Shown here: positions 1 to 11,100 of the stretch, one piece after another | Layout: each line of letters starts with the position of its first letter | How positions within the stretch are numbered: position 1 is the first letter of the stretch | Virus record (IMG/VR): IMGVR_UViG_3300032050_000004 | Coordinates: 124,001-188,000 of that record | Reading direction: 5' to 3' (one strand) | DNA length: 64,000 nucleotides | Program-made: the position numbers and the translations under genes | Notes under the pieces: model-generated | Told to the model about the DNA's origin: nothing | Database searches by the model: none | Seen by the model: only the letters and a program-made list of their open reading frames with translations

Positions 1-1653
1 GTTTTGCCAACTATCACCAACCTGATCTACGAAATCAACTCTAGCATCTTTATCATTTGGATTGATTTTTCTTCTTCTCATATATGATATTAAAAATGCA
101 GGCTCAATTCCGGATGTTGTTTGTGTCATAATTGAAACTGATCCAGTAGGAGCAATAGTCAATAGTGCAATATTTCTTCTTCCATATTTCATCATATCAG
201 AATATAATTCGATATCCTCATCTTTTATTCTGTTTATAAAAGGATTATTTCCTTCTCTTATAACTTCATAAATTGGAAATGCACCACGTTCTTTTGCCAT
301 ATTAACAGATGAACGATAAGCTGAAAGTTTCAATTGTTTGTGAACTTCCTCGGTTACATCATTCGCTGTATCAGTTCCATAAGTAATTCCTAAAGCAGCA
401 ACCATATCACCTTCTGCAGTAACACCAAGACCGGTTCTTCTTCCTTTGATACATTTGTTTTTAATATTTGTCCAAAGATTTTTTTCTGTTAATTTCAAAA
501 ATTCATCTTCTGGATCAGTATCAATTTTTTCAAGAATTTTGTCAACTTTTTCAATTTCAAGATCAATTAGATCATCCATTAATCGTTGAGCAATTACAGC
601 ATGTTTTTTGAATAAATCCCAATTGAAATAAGCTCCTGATGTGAAAGGATTTTCTACATAAGAATATAAATTCAAACATAATAATCTACATGAATCATCT
701 GCACAAAGAGTAATTTCACCACAAGGATTTGTTGAGATTGTTTTAAATCCTAGGTCAGCATAACAATCAGGTATAGATTCTCTGATGATTGTATCCCAGA
801 ATAAAATTCCCGGCTCTGCTCTTTGCCAAGCATTATGAACGATTTTTTTCCAAAGATTTGTAGCATTAATTTCCTTAGTGAAAGTTGGATTTTCACTATC
901 AACTGGAAATTTAGCTGTGAATGGAGTTTCTGATAAAGCTGAATCCATAAATGAATCACTAATTCTTACTGACACGTTTGCTCCAGTTACTTTTGTTGGA
1001 TCCATTTTAGCATCAATAAAATCTTCTGCATCAGGATGAACAACAGAAAATGATTCCATTAAAGCACCTCTTCTTCCATCTTGTGCCACTTCTCTCGTTG
1101 AATTTGAAAATCTTTCCATATAGGGAACAACACCAGTACTTGTTAAAGCACTATTTTTTACAGATGTTCCTTTAGGTCTTATGAAAGATAAATCCAAACC
1201 AACCCCAGCTCTTCTTTTTTGTAATTGAACCAATTCTTGGTCTAATTTCAGAATACCACCATAAGAATCACCTTCGCCCGGATTACCAATAACAAAACAG
1301 TTAGAAATTGATACATATTGAAAATTATTACCAATTCCTGCCATTGGACTTCCTTGTGGCACTATATATTTAAATCTTTTGATAAGGTCAAAAATTTCCT
1401 CTTCAGATAATGGGTTTGGATATTTTTCCTCGATCCTAGCAAATTCTTTTGCAATTCGCTTATGCATATCATCTGGAGTCATTTCATAAATGTTTCCAGC
1501 ACTATCTTTTAATGCATATTTGTTAATCCAAACTTGAGCAGCTAATTCATCGCCCTCAAAGTACTCTAAACAAGCTTTAAACACTTGATCTCTCGAAAAT
1601 ATCTGTAGATTTTCTTCTTTTTTTGTTTGTTTTTTTTCTTTTTGTAATTCCAT
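1..1653 (-). CDS. nrdJ: Class II (adenosylcobalamin-dependent) ribonucleotide reductase, 3' end runs off the window
   Basis: Not in the ORF track; translated by hand from ATG at 1653 (MELQKEKKQ...), open to base 1. Contains VWINKYALKD, SNCFVIG, TNPCGEITLC, GRRTGLG and TIAPTGSVS motifs typical of Bacteroidota-type NrdJ. Confidence 0.93.
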   Translation of the reverse strand, partial: MELQKEKKQTKKEENLQIFSRDQVFKACLEYFEGDELAAQVWINKYALKDSAGNIYEMTPDDMHKRIAKEFARIEEKYPNPLSEEEIFDLIKRFKYIVPQGSPMAGIGNNFQYVSISNCFVIGNPGEGDSYGGILKLDQELVQLQKRRAGVGLDLSFIRPKGTSVKNSALTSTGVVPYMERFSNSTREVAQDGRRGALMESFSVVHPDAEDFIDAKMDPTKVTGANVSVRISDSFMDSALSETPFTAKFPVDSENPTFTKEINATNLWKKIVHNAWQRAEPGILFWDTIIRESIPDCYADLGFKTISTNPCGEITLCADDSCRLLCLNLYSYVENPFTSGAYFNWDLFKKHAVIAQRLMDDLIDLEIEKVDKILEKIDTDPEDEFLKLTEKNLWTNIKNKCIKGRRTGLGVTAEGDMVAALGITYGTDTANDVTEEVHKQLKLSAYRSSVNMAKERGAFPIYEVIREGNNPFINRIKDEDIELYSDMMKYGRRNIALLTIAPTGSVSIMTQTTSGIEPAFLISYMRRRKINPNDKDARVDFVDQVGDSWQN

Positions 1654-1864
1654 AATTTGATATTTTTTTAAATTTTTTTTTCTTCACTAGAGATAAAAAA
1701 AACACCATTTTTTTTATGATGTTTTTATTTAATTTATTGATAATTAATACTTTATTTATATTGCTAAGAACAAAAAAAGTAATTTTTTTCTTTTACATAA
1801 ATAATAAAAAATTAGAAAAAAATATAAAAAAATAGAAACTTTTTTCTTGCTGAAAATGAGTTGG

Positions 1865-3280
1865 TTAGTTCTCTTCAAAATCCTCTCCGGAAAGTTGAGA
1901 GTCTATACTTTGAATTACTTTTTGTTCAATCATTTGAGCGTGATTGGCTATACCTTCTAATCCATAAGAAGGATTATTAGAGTTATCAATAGCTATAAAC
2001 ACTTTAGAAGTATCAAATAAAAGAGGTAATTCAAAACCATCATTTCCATTTCTGTTTTTGAGAACTATTAATTGAGCTTTTTTCTCTCTTTTATTTTCAT
2101 CTGTTCTAGCTAAACCCAAAATCACATCTGCGGTTTGAGCTTTTCCTAAACTTTCAGAAATGACACTTAAATCGAATCTTGCTGAATTAATTGCAGTTCT
2201 TCCTGCTTGAGATGCAGTCCAAATAGGAATATTCAATTCCATAGATAAAGCTCTTAGTGTTTCATATATCTGAGTAAGACTGTGTCTTTTTTCAACATAA
2301 GTTGAAGTTGGTTTCATTATATCTGCATAATCAACAAAAATTTCATCTGGAATAAAATTCTCTCTTTCAAGAGTTTTGATATGGTTTCTAATAGTATTAA
2401 CTGTTGCTGATCCAGTTGGGAATTCTTTTATAATAAGATTTCCGCCAACTTGCCTTATTTCTTCTAATCTCTCTCTAATAGCATCCGGATTATCTAAGAT
2501 ATTTTTCAAATTAATATCTGTTAAACAAGCATCAAATCTATTTCCAATAACCCTTTCAGCCAACTCTAAACTATAATAAACTACCTTTTTTCCTAATTGA
2601 ATTGCAGTTGATGCGAATTTTACCAACATCATTGATTTACCCCCTCCAGTAGGTGATAAAACTACACCCAACTCGCCACCGGATAAACCTCCTCCAATTT
2701 GTTCATCTAATCTATCTAAACATGGAACAGGTTTTCTAAATTGTCTAATTAATCTTTTTTCTAAATCTTCTAAATAGTTATGACCACTGTCTTTTATTTC
2801 CCCAAGCTTAATTGAATCTGTGATTATTTTTTGGATATGCTCATAATCACCTTTTTCCCAACTTTCTGCAGCTTCTAATAATCCTTTTTTCAATGATTGT
2901 TTTCTACAAAAATCTATTGAAATATCTTTTACATATTGTTTATCTGTGACATTTAATTCTTTTAACAAATGTAAAAGATCAATAAGCTTTTCTTTTACAA
3001 TTAAATCTGATTCTTTTTCATTTATCAGATTATTTATTGTATCATACTCAGGAATTAAATTATATTTTGTGTAGTACTCAATTATATAAGTGAGTATTAT
3101 TTTTGTGAAAATAGAGTCAAAATATTCTGGTTTTAGAATTTCTAATATTTGCTCTGAAAACCTTTCATCTTCAATAATTAATTTTATTAATCTGGTTTGG
3201 AATTTATCATCTAAAAGGACATTGTTATCTTTTATATTTATTATAGTTGATTTTATTTCGTTTGAATTATTAATTTCCAT
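1865..3280 (-). CDS. DnaB/T4 gp41-like replicative helicase
   Basis: Walker A SPTGGGKS, YYSLEL, Walker B IFVDYAD, WTASQ, and KNRNG arginine finger. Confidence 0.93.
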   Translation of the reverse strand: MEINNSNEIKSTIINIKDNNVLLDDKFQTRLIKLIIEDERFSEQILEILKPEYFDSIFTKIILTYIIEYYTKYNLIPEYDTINNLINEKESDLIVKEKLIDLLHLLKELNVTDKQYVKDISIDFCRKQSLKKGLLEAAESWEKGDYEHIQKIITDSIKLGEIKDSGHNYLEDLEKRLIRQFRKPVPCLDRLDEQIGGGLSGGELGVVLSPTGGGKSMMLVKFASTAIQLGKKVVYYSLELAERVIGNRFDACLTDINLKNILDNPDAIRERLEEIRQVGGNLIIKEFPTGSATVNTIRNHIKTLERENFIPDEIFVDYADIMKPTSTYVEKRHSLTQIYETLRALSMELNIPIWTASQAGRTAINSARFDLSVISESLGKAQTADVILGLARTDENKREKKAQLIVLKNRNGNDGFELPLLFDTSKVFIAIDNSNNPSYGLEGIANHAQMIEQKVIQSIDSQLSGEDFEEN

Positions 3281-3298
3281 TAGACAAAAATATATTTT

Positions 3299-3586
3299 TT
3301 ATTTATCTTTTTCAAAGTTACTCCACAAATTATTTATTTGATCGTTCTTAAATTTTTCTTGTATTTCTTTTTCTTTTTCACTATAAACTTCTAATACTTT
3401 TTTCTTGAGATCACTCATCAAAAAATATGTTCTTGTTTCTAATAATGTTTCATGATGAAATTTATCTGCTGGAAAATCAATTTCTTCTATGACTGTTCCA
3501 TTTAAACTTAATGATAAGGTGAAATAATTTCTAGTTCCAGCCTCTTTCAGTTTATTTAATATTTCTTTTTCGTTGTTAGATTCCAT
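3299..3586 (-). CDS. Hypothetical protein in replication operon
   Basis: 95-aa ORF tightly packed between the exonuclease and helicase genes. Confidence 0.7.
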   Translation of the reverse strand: MESNNEKEILNKLKEAGTRNYFTLSLSLNGTVIEEIDFPADKFHHETLLETRTYFLMSDLKKKVLEVYSEKEKEIQEKFKNDQINNLWSNFEKDK

Positions 3587-3591
3587 GATTA

Positions 3592-4623
3592 TTAACCATT
3601 TAAAACTTTTTTACTATATTCTTTTTCTTTGGTAACTAATCTATAAAATGGTTTAAAAAAAGTATCCATATCATTATTGAAAACATGTTTACTATATCCA
3701 TCTTTTATCATCATCTTCATTGCATTTGTTACACTACGATCATTAAAATTATCATTAGTATAAATTACACAGTTTCTCAACTCTTCTAATTCATCTACAG
3801 ATTTTTCCGTTAAAAAAGGCTCATTTAAATCCATTAATTTTTTATTTCTTTCAAATATTCTTCTTGAACCTATTATTTTTTCTAATGTTTTTAATTTTTT
3901 TTCTTTGTATAATTCAACTGCTTCAGAAATAATTTTATCAATATCATATTCCTCATCAACAAACTTTGGAAAAAATTTAATAATTGTTTTCAAGCCAACT
4001 CCATCAATTCCATTTATGTTATCTGATTCATCTCCTTCAAAACACTTTAACATTAAAGAATTTTTATAACAAAAGCCAAAAATATCTTTAAAATTATTTA
4101 ACGTAATAAGTTTTTTATCAGATGGCCTTAGTACAGATACCTTTTCGTTTATTAATTGATAATAATCTTTATCTGAACTAAAAATGATGACTTGTTCATT
4201 TTCTTCTAAATTATGAACATATCCTGCAATTAAATCGTCAGCTTCTATATAATCAATCTCTAATTGACGTATGAATAATTCTTCTAAATAATTTTTAACT
4301 TTTATCTTCTGGTTAAGAATACTATATTTTTTTTGTTCTTCATATTTTACAATATTATCGCTCATATGTTGAGAACTGTGTAACCAAGATTTATCCCGCT
4401 TACCTTTGTAAGCAGGATAAATCTCTTTTCTTTGTTTACCAGAAGCTTCTCCATCCCACATAACAATTACTCTATCTGGAAAAACATAATTTACAACTGA
4501 ACGTAGACTATCAATAAACCCAAAAGAGCCACCACAATGTTCCCCTTTCAAGGAAAACATTTCGTTTAATTTCATGAAATTTCTTTTGAGATTCCAATCT
4601 CCGTCAATAATTAAAGTTTTCAT
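3592..4623 (-). CDS. 5'-3' exonuclease / flap endonuclease (T4 RNase H or PolA N-terminal type)
   Basis: IIDGD, RKEIYPAYKGKR, EADDLIA, SSDKDYYQL, and GDESDNINGIDGVGLKT (H3TH) motifs. Confidence 0.93.
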   Translation of the reverse strand: MKTLIIDGDWNLKRNFMKLNEMFSLKGEHCGGSFGFIDSLRSVVNYVFPDRVIVMWDGEASGKQRKEIYPAYKGKRDKSWLHSSQHMSDNIVKYEEQKKYSILNQKIKVKNYLEELFIRQLEIDYIEADDLIAGYVHNLEENEQVIIFSSDKDYYQLINEKVSVLRPSDKKLITLNNFKDIFGFCYKNSLMLKCFEGDESDNINGIDGVGLKTIIKFFPKFVDEEYDIDKIISEAVELYKEKKLKTLEKIIGSRRIFERNKKLMDLNEPFLTEKSVDELEELRNCVIYTNDNFNDRSVTNAMKMMIKDGYSKHVFNNDMDTFFKPFYRLVTKEKEYSKKVLNG

Positions 4624-4626
4624 CTA

Positions 4627-5721
4627 CTATTCTTCCGCAGTAACAGAATCCCAGAATTTATCAAAATTTAAATCCCAGCCATCTTTGTGTTGTTTCTTAT
4701 ATTCATCAATAGCCTTTTTATCATCCATGATGAAACCGTGATCAGTACAAACAATTTTACCTTTTGAAGTTACATTTGTTATGTGATTTTTATCAACCAC
4801 TAAAGCTGATTTAATTGCAAAACCAACTTCGTTACCATCTTTTATTGCTGTAACTTTTGATGATCTTGACATTACACCACCCATTCTAAATGCAAGTGTT
4901 GCTGCAAGATAAATTCCATCACCACCACTATGAACTAATGAAGGTTGAGATTGGCCCGGGGCACTTTGAGGATAAGCACCACAAACAAAGAATGCAGTAG
5001 CATTGTAAGGGAAATCTTGTTTTTGTGTTGCTGTAATTCTATGCCAAATATATCTGTGAATTTTTTCACGTAACAATTTAGCAGTTTCCATCATTGCACG
5101 TCCTTTACCTTCTTTATTTGCTAAGAATTCAGCCCTTGAAGGTGTGGATCCGATACTATCCCAAAGAAATACTATGTCCTGAGGCAATTCTCCACTTTCT
5201 TGAAAATCGAGAATTTCATTCATGAAATCTAAACCTTCTTCAATATACATAATACCATCTTTTAGGATACAATTATCTAAATCTAATCCCATAGTAGCTG
5301 CTCGTTCTTTTGAAAATTTATTTTCTGTAATTACAAGAACTGGAATAATTCCATTTTGTTGAGCACTTACAGCCAATTCAACTAACATAGTTGTTTTACC
5401 AACATCACTTCGTCCAAATACCATCGAAATGTGTCCTTCTGGAATTCCGGGAAGATGTGTTGTCTCCTGAAATGCTGGTGACATTGGAATCCATGAAACC
5501 GGTTTTTTTGGTACCTCTTCGTGTTTGATGTTTTTCTTAAAATCAGATAAAGAAAATTGTTTTTTTTCCTTGACTAAAATTTTCTTTTTTGGTTTTTCAG
5601 ATGATTTTCCAGAATCAAATTTTGCCTCTAATTCTTCTTGTGACATTTCTTCAATGTCTGCACCCTCTAGTGCTTCAGTATCGATATTATCAATATCTTC
5701 GGTTGTTTTCTTTTTTGCCAT
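4627..5721 (-). CDS. RecA/UvsX-like recombinase
   Basis: Walker A GRSDVGKT, TENKFS, Walker B FLWDSIG, and C-terminal VDKNHI; context next to helicase and exonuclease. Confidence 0.85.
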   Translation of the reverse strand: MAKKKTTEDIDNIDTEALEGADIEEMSQEELEAKFDSGKSSEKPKKKILVKEKKQFSLSDFKKNIKHEEVPKKPVSWIPMSPAFQETTHLPGIPEGHISMVFGRSDVGKTTMLVELAVSAQQNGIIPVLVITENKFSKERAATMGLDLDNCILKDGIMYIEEGLDFMNEILDFQESGELPQDIVFLWDSIGSTPSRAEFLANKEGKGRAMMETAKLLREKIHRYIWHRITATQKQDFPYNATAFFVCGAYPQSAPGQSQPSLVHSGGDGIYLAATLAFRMGGVMSRSSKVTAIKDGNEVGFAIKSALVVDKNHITNVTSKGKIVCTDHGFIMDDKKAIDEYKKQHKDGWDLNFDKFWDSVTAEE

Positions 5722-5736
5722 TTCTTTTATTTAATT

Positions 5737-6093
5737 TTAATTTCCAAAAAATATATTTTCTTCTTCATCTAAATATTTATCTTTTACAGTATCATATTCT
5801 TTTAGTTCTTCGATTATGTTTTCGCAATATTCTGAATCTACAGCAGCCATATCATAAACATTATCCTTAATGTATTCCTTCATTTCTTCTAAAGTCATAC
5901 CTTCCAATTCAGGATGAGTTTCTGCACTGATCATTATTGGGCCTTTTGACATATAGTGAACATAACTTTCTTCAAGCCATACTTCTACAACAGGATTTTC
6001 TTCCTTTTTTGTAGCTTTTACTTTTAAAGTAGTTTTATTCTCTGTTTTTTTCGCAGTTTTCTTTGCGGGAGTTTTTTTATCTTTTGTAGCCAT
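5737..6093 (-). CDS. Hypothetical protein with Lys-rich N-terminus and acidic C-terminus
   Basis: 118-aa ORF in operon context. Confidence 0.7.
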   Translation of the reverse strand: MATKDKKTPAKKTAKKTENKTTLKVKATKKEENPVVEVWLEESYVHYMSKGPIMISAETHPELEGMTLEEMKEYIKDNVYDMAAVDSEYCENIIEELKEYDTVKDKYLDEEENIFFGN

Positions 6094-6109
6094 TTTATAA
6101 AATTTTATA

Positions 6110-6436
6110 TTATTCGCTTATTTCTGGATTATAAGGTTTCCAGTCATATTTTTTGGTTTCTTTATCTCTACGTAAATAAAAAGTATTAGGATCTTCCTGT
6201 GTTTGACCAAATACTAAACTAGCCTTGCATTTATAACATTTGATTTCAAGGTATTTATATTTATTTTGAGCTAATCTTGCGTTTAAGTGAATATTATCAC
6301 TTTCACAAACTCCGCACTCTTCAATATCACCGAAAGATAATTTTTGAGCTTCCATTTGACATTCATAAGGATTTTTACCTTCCACCATGAAAGTAACAAC
6401 CTCTTTTCCAATTTTTTTCTTAACTACTAATTGCAT
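6110..6436 (-). CDS. Hypothetical zinc-ribbon protein
   Basis: CGVC and CYKC pairs in 108 aa. Confidence 0.7.
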   Translation of the reverse strand: MQLVVKKKIGKEVVTFMVEGKNPYECQMEAQKLSFGDIEECGVCESDNIHLNARLAQNKYKYLEIKCYKCKASLVFGQTQEDPNTFYLRRDKETKKYDWKPYNPEISE

Positions 6437-6491
6437 TTATTATATTTTTTAAAAGTTTAGATAATAAAAATACTATAAAAAAATTAGAAAA

Positions 6492-8111
6492 TCAATTTAT
6501 ATATTCAATTTCTTCTTCTGTATTTTGTTCAGTACATTCCATAAGATTTTTACCAATTTTCAAATCTACCTCAAAAAAATATTTTCCATTTTTTTCTAAT
6601 ATATTCTTTATATTCTCTAATAGTTCCTGCTCATCCGGATGTATATCAAATATGAAAGAATCATATACTTGATACATAAAATTAGATTTTCTGTCCTTTA
6701 ACAATTCTCTGATCTTAAATAACTTATCCACAACAATATCTGCAGCAATTGATTGTACATAATTATTATAGACCGCCCATTCTTTATTAGGATATATTAT
6801 TGTATTATAAGGGTTTATTATATAACCGCTTTTTTTAAATGAATCTGATATTTTTTTTGAATTTTGAATTATAGGATCTAAAAATTTCTTTATTTTATCA
6901 ATTAATTTTATACTTAATTTATTTTCTAAAAGAATCGATTTTAACTTATCGTTTCCGACACCGTATATTATAGCGTGATTAATTTGTTTACCTATTTTCC
7001 TCTCTTTTAAAGAAATTTCATCTTTAGAAAATATAATTTTTGATGTTTCAATATGCAAATCACTATTCTTTAATTTATCTATAAAAACCTCATCTTTAGT
7101 TAAATAAACGGATAGTTTAGTCTCAAAAGATATAAAATCAAATAAAACTATTTTACCATTTTTAAACTCAGAAATTATTTGATACCTGATTTCACTGTTT
7201 TTGGGAAGTAATTGTGGATTGAATTTTTTATCTGCACAATTTATTCTCCCAGTTATTGTTCTTTTGTTAGAGTATTTTAAAATTAATCTTTTATTTCCCT
7301 CAAAATTAATGTGTCTGCTAGATAACCAATCAGTTATAAAATCTTTTTTAAATAATCTTGAAAGGATATTTTGATTGTCTATTATAGAACAATTTAAAAT
7401 ATCATAGAATTTACTCATTAAAAAAACAAAATACTTTTCATTTAATGGATAAGGTGAAAATTTATGTAGACTGGTTTCAGTAATTGTAAAATTGTTACAG
7501 ATCCAACATATGTTTTCAAGAGTTATAAATTCTTTATTATCTTCAATTTTAAATGATTTTAAATTATCATAATTAAAAAATATTAATCTATATTTTTTTG
7601 AAATTGAATCGATAAAATTATTAGAACTTTCAAAAATGTAATCTATTGATGATAAATTGATTCCATAAAAACCCAAATCATTATAAACATAAATTACATT
7701 TTTTGAGAAAAAACAAAAATTAAGATTTTGGGAAAATATTTTATCTTGATGATTTGAAACATTGCCATCTATTATACAATCAAAATTTCTATAGTTTACA
7801 GGCAAATATTCTTCTAGAGATTTGATAATAAATTTTTTTATATCTTTTTCAGTCGTACCCTTCTCTTCATTATCTGAGAAAGTCCAAAATAAATTTTTTC
7901 TTATCTTTTTTTTTGATATTTTAATTCCTGAAAAATTATTTTTAATAAAATCCCACCCTATTATTAAAGTTGGTATTTGAAAATCTTCTTCAATGTTTAA
8001 ATCTTTATAAGAAAATATTCCAACACAATAATTATCAAATTCTAAAGAATATGAATTTATATTAGATTCAGATGTAAAAATTTGACAAAAATTTGTTTTT
8101 ATAATTTTCAT
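6492..8111 (-). CDS. Truncated, divergent family A DNA polymerase-like protein
   Basis: C-terminal half carries TITGRIN..NPQLLP, motif A FDFISFETKL, motif B RKIGKQINHAIIYG, NNYVQSIAADI, and motif C QVYDSFIFD. Confidence 0.82.
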   Translation of the reverse strand: MKIIKTNFCQIFTSESNINSYSLEFDNYCVGIFSYKDLNIEEDFQIPTLIIGWDFIKNNFSGIKISKKKIRKNLFWTFSDNEEKGTTEKDIKKFIIKSLEEYLPVNYRNFDCIIDGNVSNHQDKIFSQNLNFCFFSKNVIYVYNDLGFYGINLSSIDYIFESSNNFIDSISKKYRLIFFNYDNLKSFKIEDNKEFITLENICWICNNFTITETSLHKFSPYPLNEKYFVFLMSKFYDILNCSIIDNQNILSRLFKKDFITDWLSSRHINFEGNKRLILKYSNKRTITGRINCADKKFNPQLLPKNSEIRYQIISEFKNGKIVLFDFISFETKLSVYLTKDEVFIDKLKNSDLHIETSKIIFSKDEISLKERKIGKQINHAIIYGVGNDKLKSILLENKLSIKLIDKIKKFLDPIIQNSKKISDSFKKSGYIINPYNTIIYPNKEWAVYNNYVQSIAADIVVDKLFKIRELLKDRKSNFMYQVYDSFIFDIHPDEQELLENIKNILEKNGKYFFEVDLKIGKNLMECTEQNTEEEIEYIN

Positions 8112-8116
8112 TACTA

Positions 8117-8124
8117 CAAATATA
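8117..8124 (-). promoter_or_regulatory. Bacteroidota primary-sigma -7 element (TATATTTG)
   Basis: Exact TAnnTTTG match ending 5 nt before the polA-like ATG. Confidence 0.55.
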
Positions 8125-8154
8125 ATAAAAATTATAAAATTATAAAAGGATGAA

Positions 8155-11100
8155 TTAACCTGTCATACCTAATTTTTTCAACATTGCAATTAATTTAGGA
8201 GTTGGTGGCGGGTCAACGTGACTTGCACCCTTAGATGCAGCGTGGGCAAAAATTCCAAATTCAGTATATTCTATTTTATTTGCTTTCACATTACTTCCAG
8301 CAGCCGGTTTTGAATTCCAGCCCCATACATAATATGGATTTTTTCCTTGTATTGCAGCTTTCATTTTTGGATATCTTCCTAAAATTTCAGTACAAAGGTT
8401 GTAAGTAGCAGTTATTTGTGCATCAGTAAATTCCATGAATTCACTGTATCCACAATATTTGTAATCTAATGTGCAGTAACCCGGATTAGGCGTACCACCA
8501 TAACTAGCTTTTCCAACTGGTGCTACAGCATCATTTGAATATACGACTCTTTGTTCAGGCCCTGCCGGACCTTTACTTTTTACTCCAAAATGAGCACAAA
8601 TTTCAATACCTATACCATGTGCATTCCAATTATTACCATGAACCGATCTTATATCTTCTGGTATACCTGTTACTCTAGCTCCAGTCCAATCCACAGCATA
8701 GTGAATACCACCTTGATTGAATTCTTTATCACATGCACCTACACCATCACAAGTTCTTTGAGCACAACCAGTATAGCCCCAGCCATCAGTAATATGTAAA
8801 GTTATAGATCTTACTTCTCGTTTTTTAAATTGTCTTTCTTTACCTGTATGGATTGCAATTTTATTTTTTCCTCTTGTTACAACTGTACATTCATTAGACG
8901 TTCCCTGATTAATCCTATCCCCATCATTGCTTGCAGAAATATCTGTGTTTGTTGAAGAAATTTGTGGAGCACCTTGTGGATATAGTGCATTTAATAATCC
9001 ATATACTCTAGTTCTATAACTTGAAACGTATTCTCCATCTATACCAGCTGCACCATTAATTGTTAAACCAACTTTATTAATAGCTTTAATCAATTCCTCC
9101 TTTGAAGAATCAAGTGCTGGCATATATTGATATCTATTTTTTCCTGAATGAATATTTATAGCTTGACCTAATAAAATTTGTGAACTAAATAGTTCGTCCC
9201 AATCAGCATTTGTACTTCTAGTCAATATTATTTCTTTGTTTCCATTATAAGGAGCTGCTTGCCAAATTCCTTTATATTTTTTTACAATTGTATCATTTCC
9301 AGTATAACTTAAAACCCAAGTAAGTATTTTTTCATAATTGCTTCTCCAAGTGGTTTGAATTAAACCACGACCACTAAATTTATAAAAATCTGATTCATTT
9401 ATAAATGTTGCAGGAGTTGTTCTTGCTGCTTCTTTAATATTACTTGGAAACAAACTTTTTGGAAAACTTGTTCCTTTCCATGATGGGTCATTTGAATTTT
9501 TAGTATTTTTATCATTTCCTAAAGGCTTATTTGCATGAGCTGATATAAAATTAGCATCACTAAACAAATCTCCAGAAGTTTTATTATAATCTCTATTATA
9601 TTTATAAGCATATGCAATACCCGGATTTGTACCGTTATCAAGTGAATTCATGCCTTCTCTCACACTTGAAAACTTACCACCTGTCTCGCCATATATTATA
9701 CAAAATAAACATACAAATTCAAGAAAATTTATACCTCCAGTACCATATTCGGACCAAGTAACAGGTATAATTGTTTCCCAACACTTATTCCAATTTGCAG
9801 AATCAACTTTTCCTCTATTGTACATTGATGCTTTTCCGACAACTTCTGCATTTACCCAAGTTACAAAATCAGTATACTTATTGCTAGTATATGTTTTTAT
9901 TACAGCGTTAATTTCAGCAGGATTCCTAAGTTTTACATCTTTTAATTTTTTCAAAAGTTCTATATTTAATCCTTCTCCGAAATTTCCTCCTCCACTACCA
10001 CCATCTCCACCACCTCCGAATGGAGTGATTGTTCTTACGCTTCTTTTAGTGATAGGCATAATTAATGCAAAATTTCCCCCATTTCCAATTTTCATTTTCA
10101 TGGCTGAAATTTCTGTTTCCATATTATTAGGAGTTAATTTATGCTGAACTTCTAAAACCCAATATAGACCAGTAAAAATAGGTAAACCATCAATAGCTAG
10201 ATTCATGGTTGGAAAAATTTGAGCATTACCAAGAATATCTAAGCTTATTTTATAACTTCTTCCTTGCATTACAGCTAACATTGAACAATCGAACCCTTTC
10301 TTTTTATTTTGATTTTGATTGTTAACAATATCACTAGTAGCTTGTAAACTTTCAGATGTAACTTTATTATCGTCGGTGCCAGCTTTTACTGATTTAAGAA
10401 AAACATTATTAGGACTACCAAATTGAAAGGCTATTATATCTGTTTTTAAATTGTCTAAAGTTTTTAGAAAATTTTTATCTGGATAAATAGGACTATTATC
10501 ATTTTTGGTCAATCTATTTTCAGGTGTTGGTGCCCAAATAATTGAAAGTGCATTTCTACCTACTGCATTGCTATAATCTATATTTGGCTGGGGTTTAAAT
10601 AAATCTTTTAAATCACTGGTAAAACCTGCTGGTATAGGTTGTAATAAAAAGTTATTTAACTGACATATGTTTTGCATCATATTCAGCGTAGAAGTAGAAG
10701 TGTTATTTTCCAATAAGGGATCTGTATTAATAATAGCATCCCTTATATCCACTGCCGGATTATCTATAACAAGTGGATAATTGAAATTTAAATAGAATGC
10801 AGATGTACCATCAGTACTTCTGTATTTTTTCTCCAACACTGTCCTTAAATTAACGTCAGTTCCATCTGGTAATGCATCACTATTTTCTGTAGTAGCTAAA
10901 GAAATCCAAGCTTGACAAATATGGTGAAACTGTGTATATACTGCATTTATTTGTCCATCATCTCGTGAGTACGGCTCAACGGCACCGACGGTCACAATTT
11001 CTGTAGGAGTTTCACCTCTCGAAACAGCATCTTTATTTTCTGCCTCTTGTTTATCTTTTAATCTTTTTTCTTGTTCTTCTTCAGTTCCGGAAGTTAAGTT

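Noticed and set aside
1654-1864. Cobalamin riboswitch or ncRNA upstream of nrdJ
   Set aside because: The region is extremely AT-rich with only a weak hairpin near 1695-1725, and has no B12-box or GC-paired stems.
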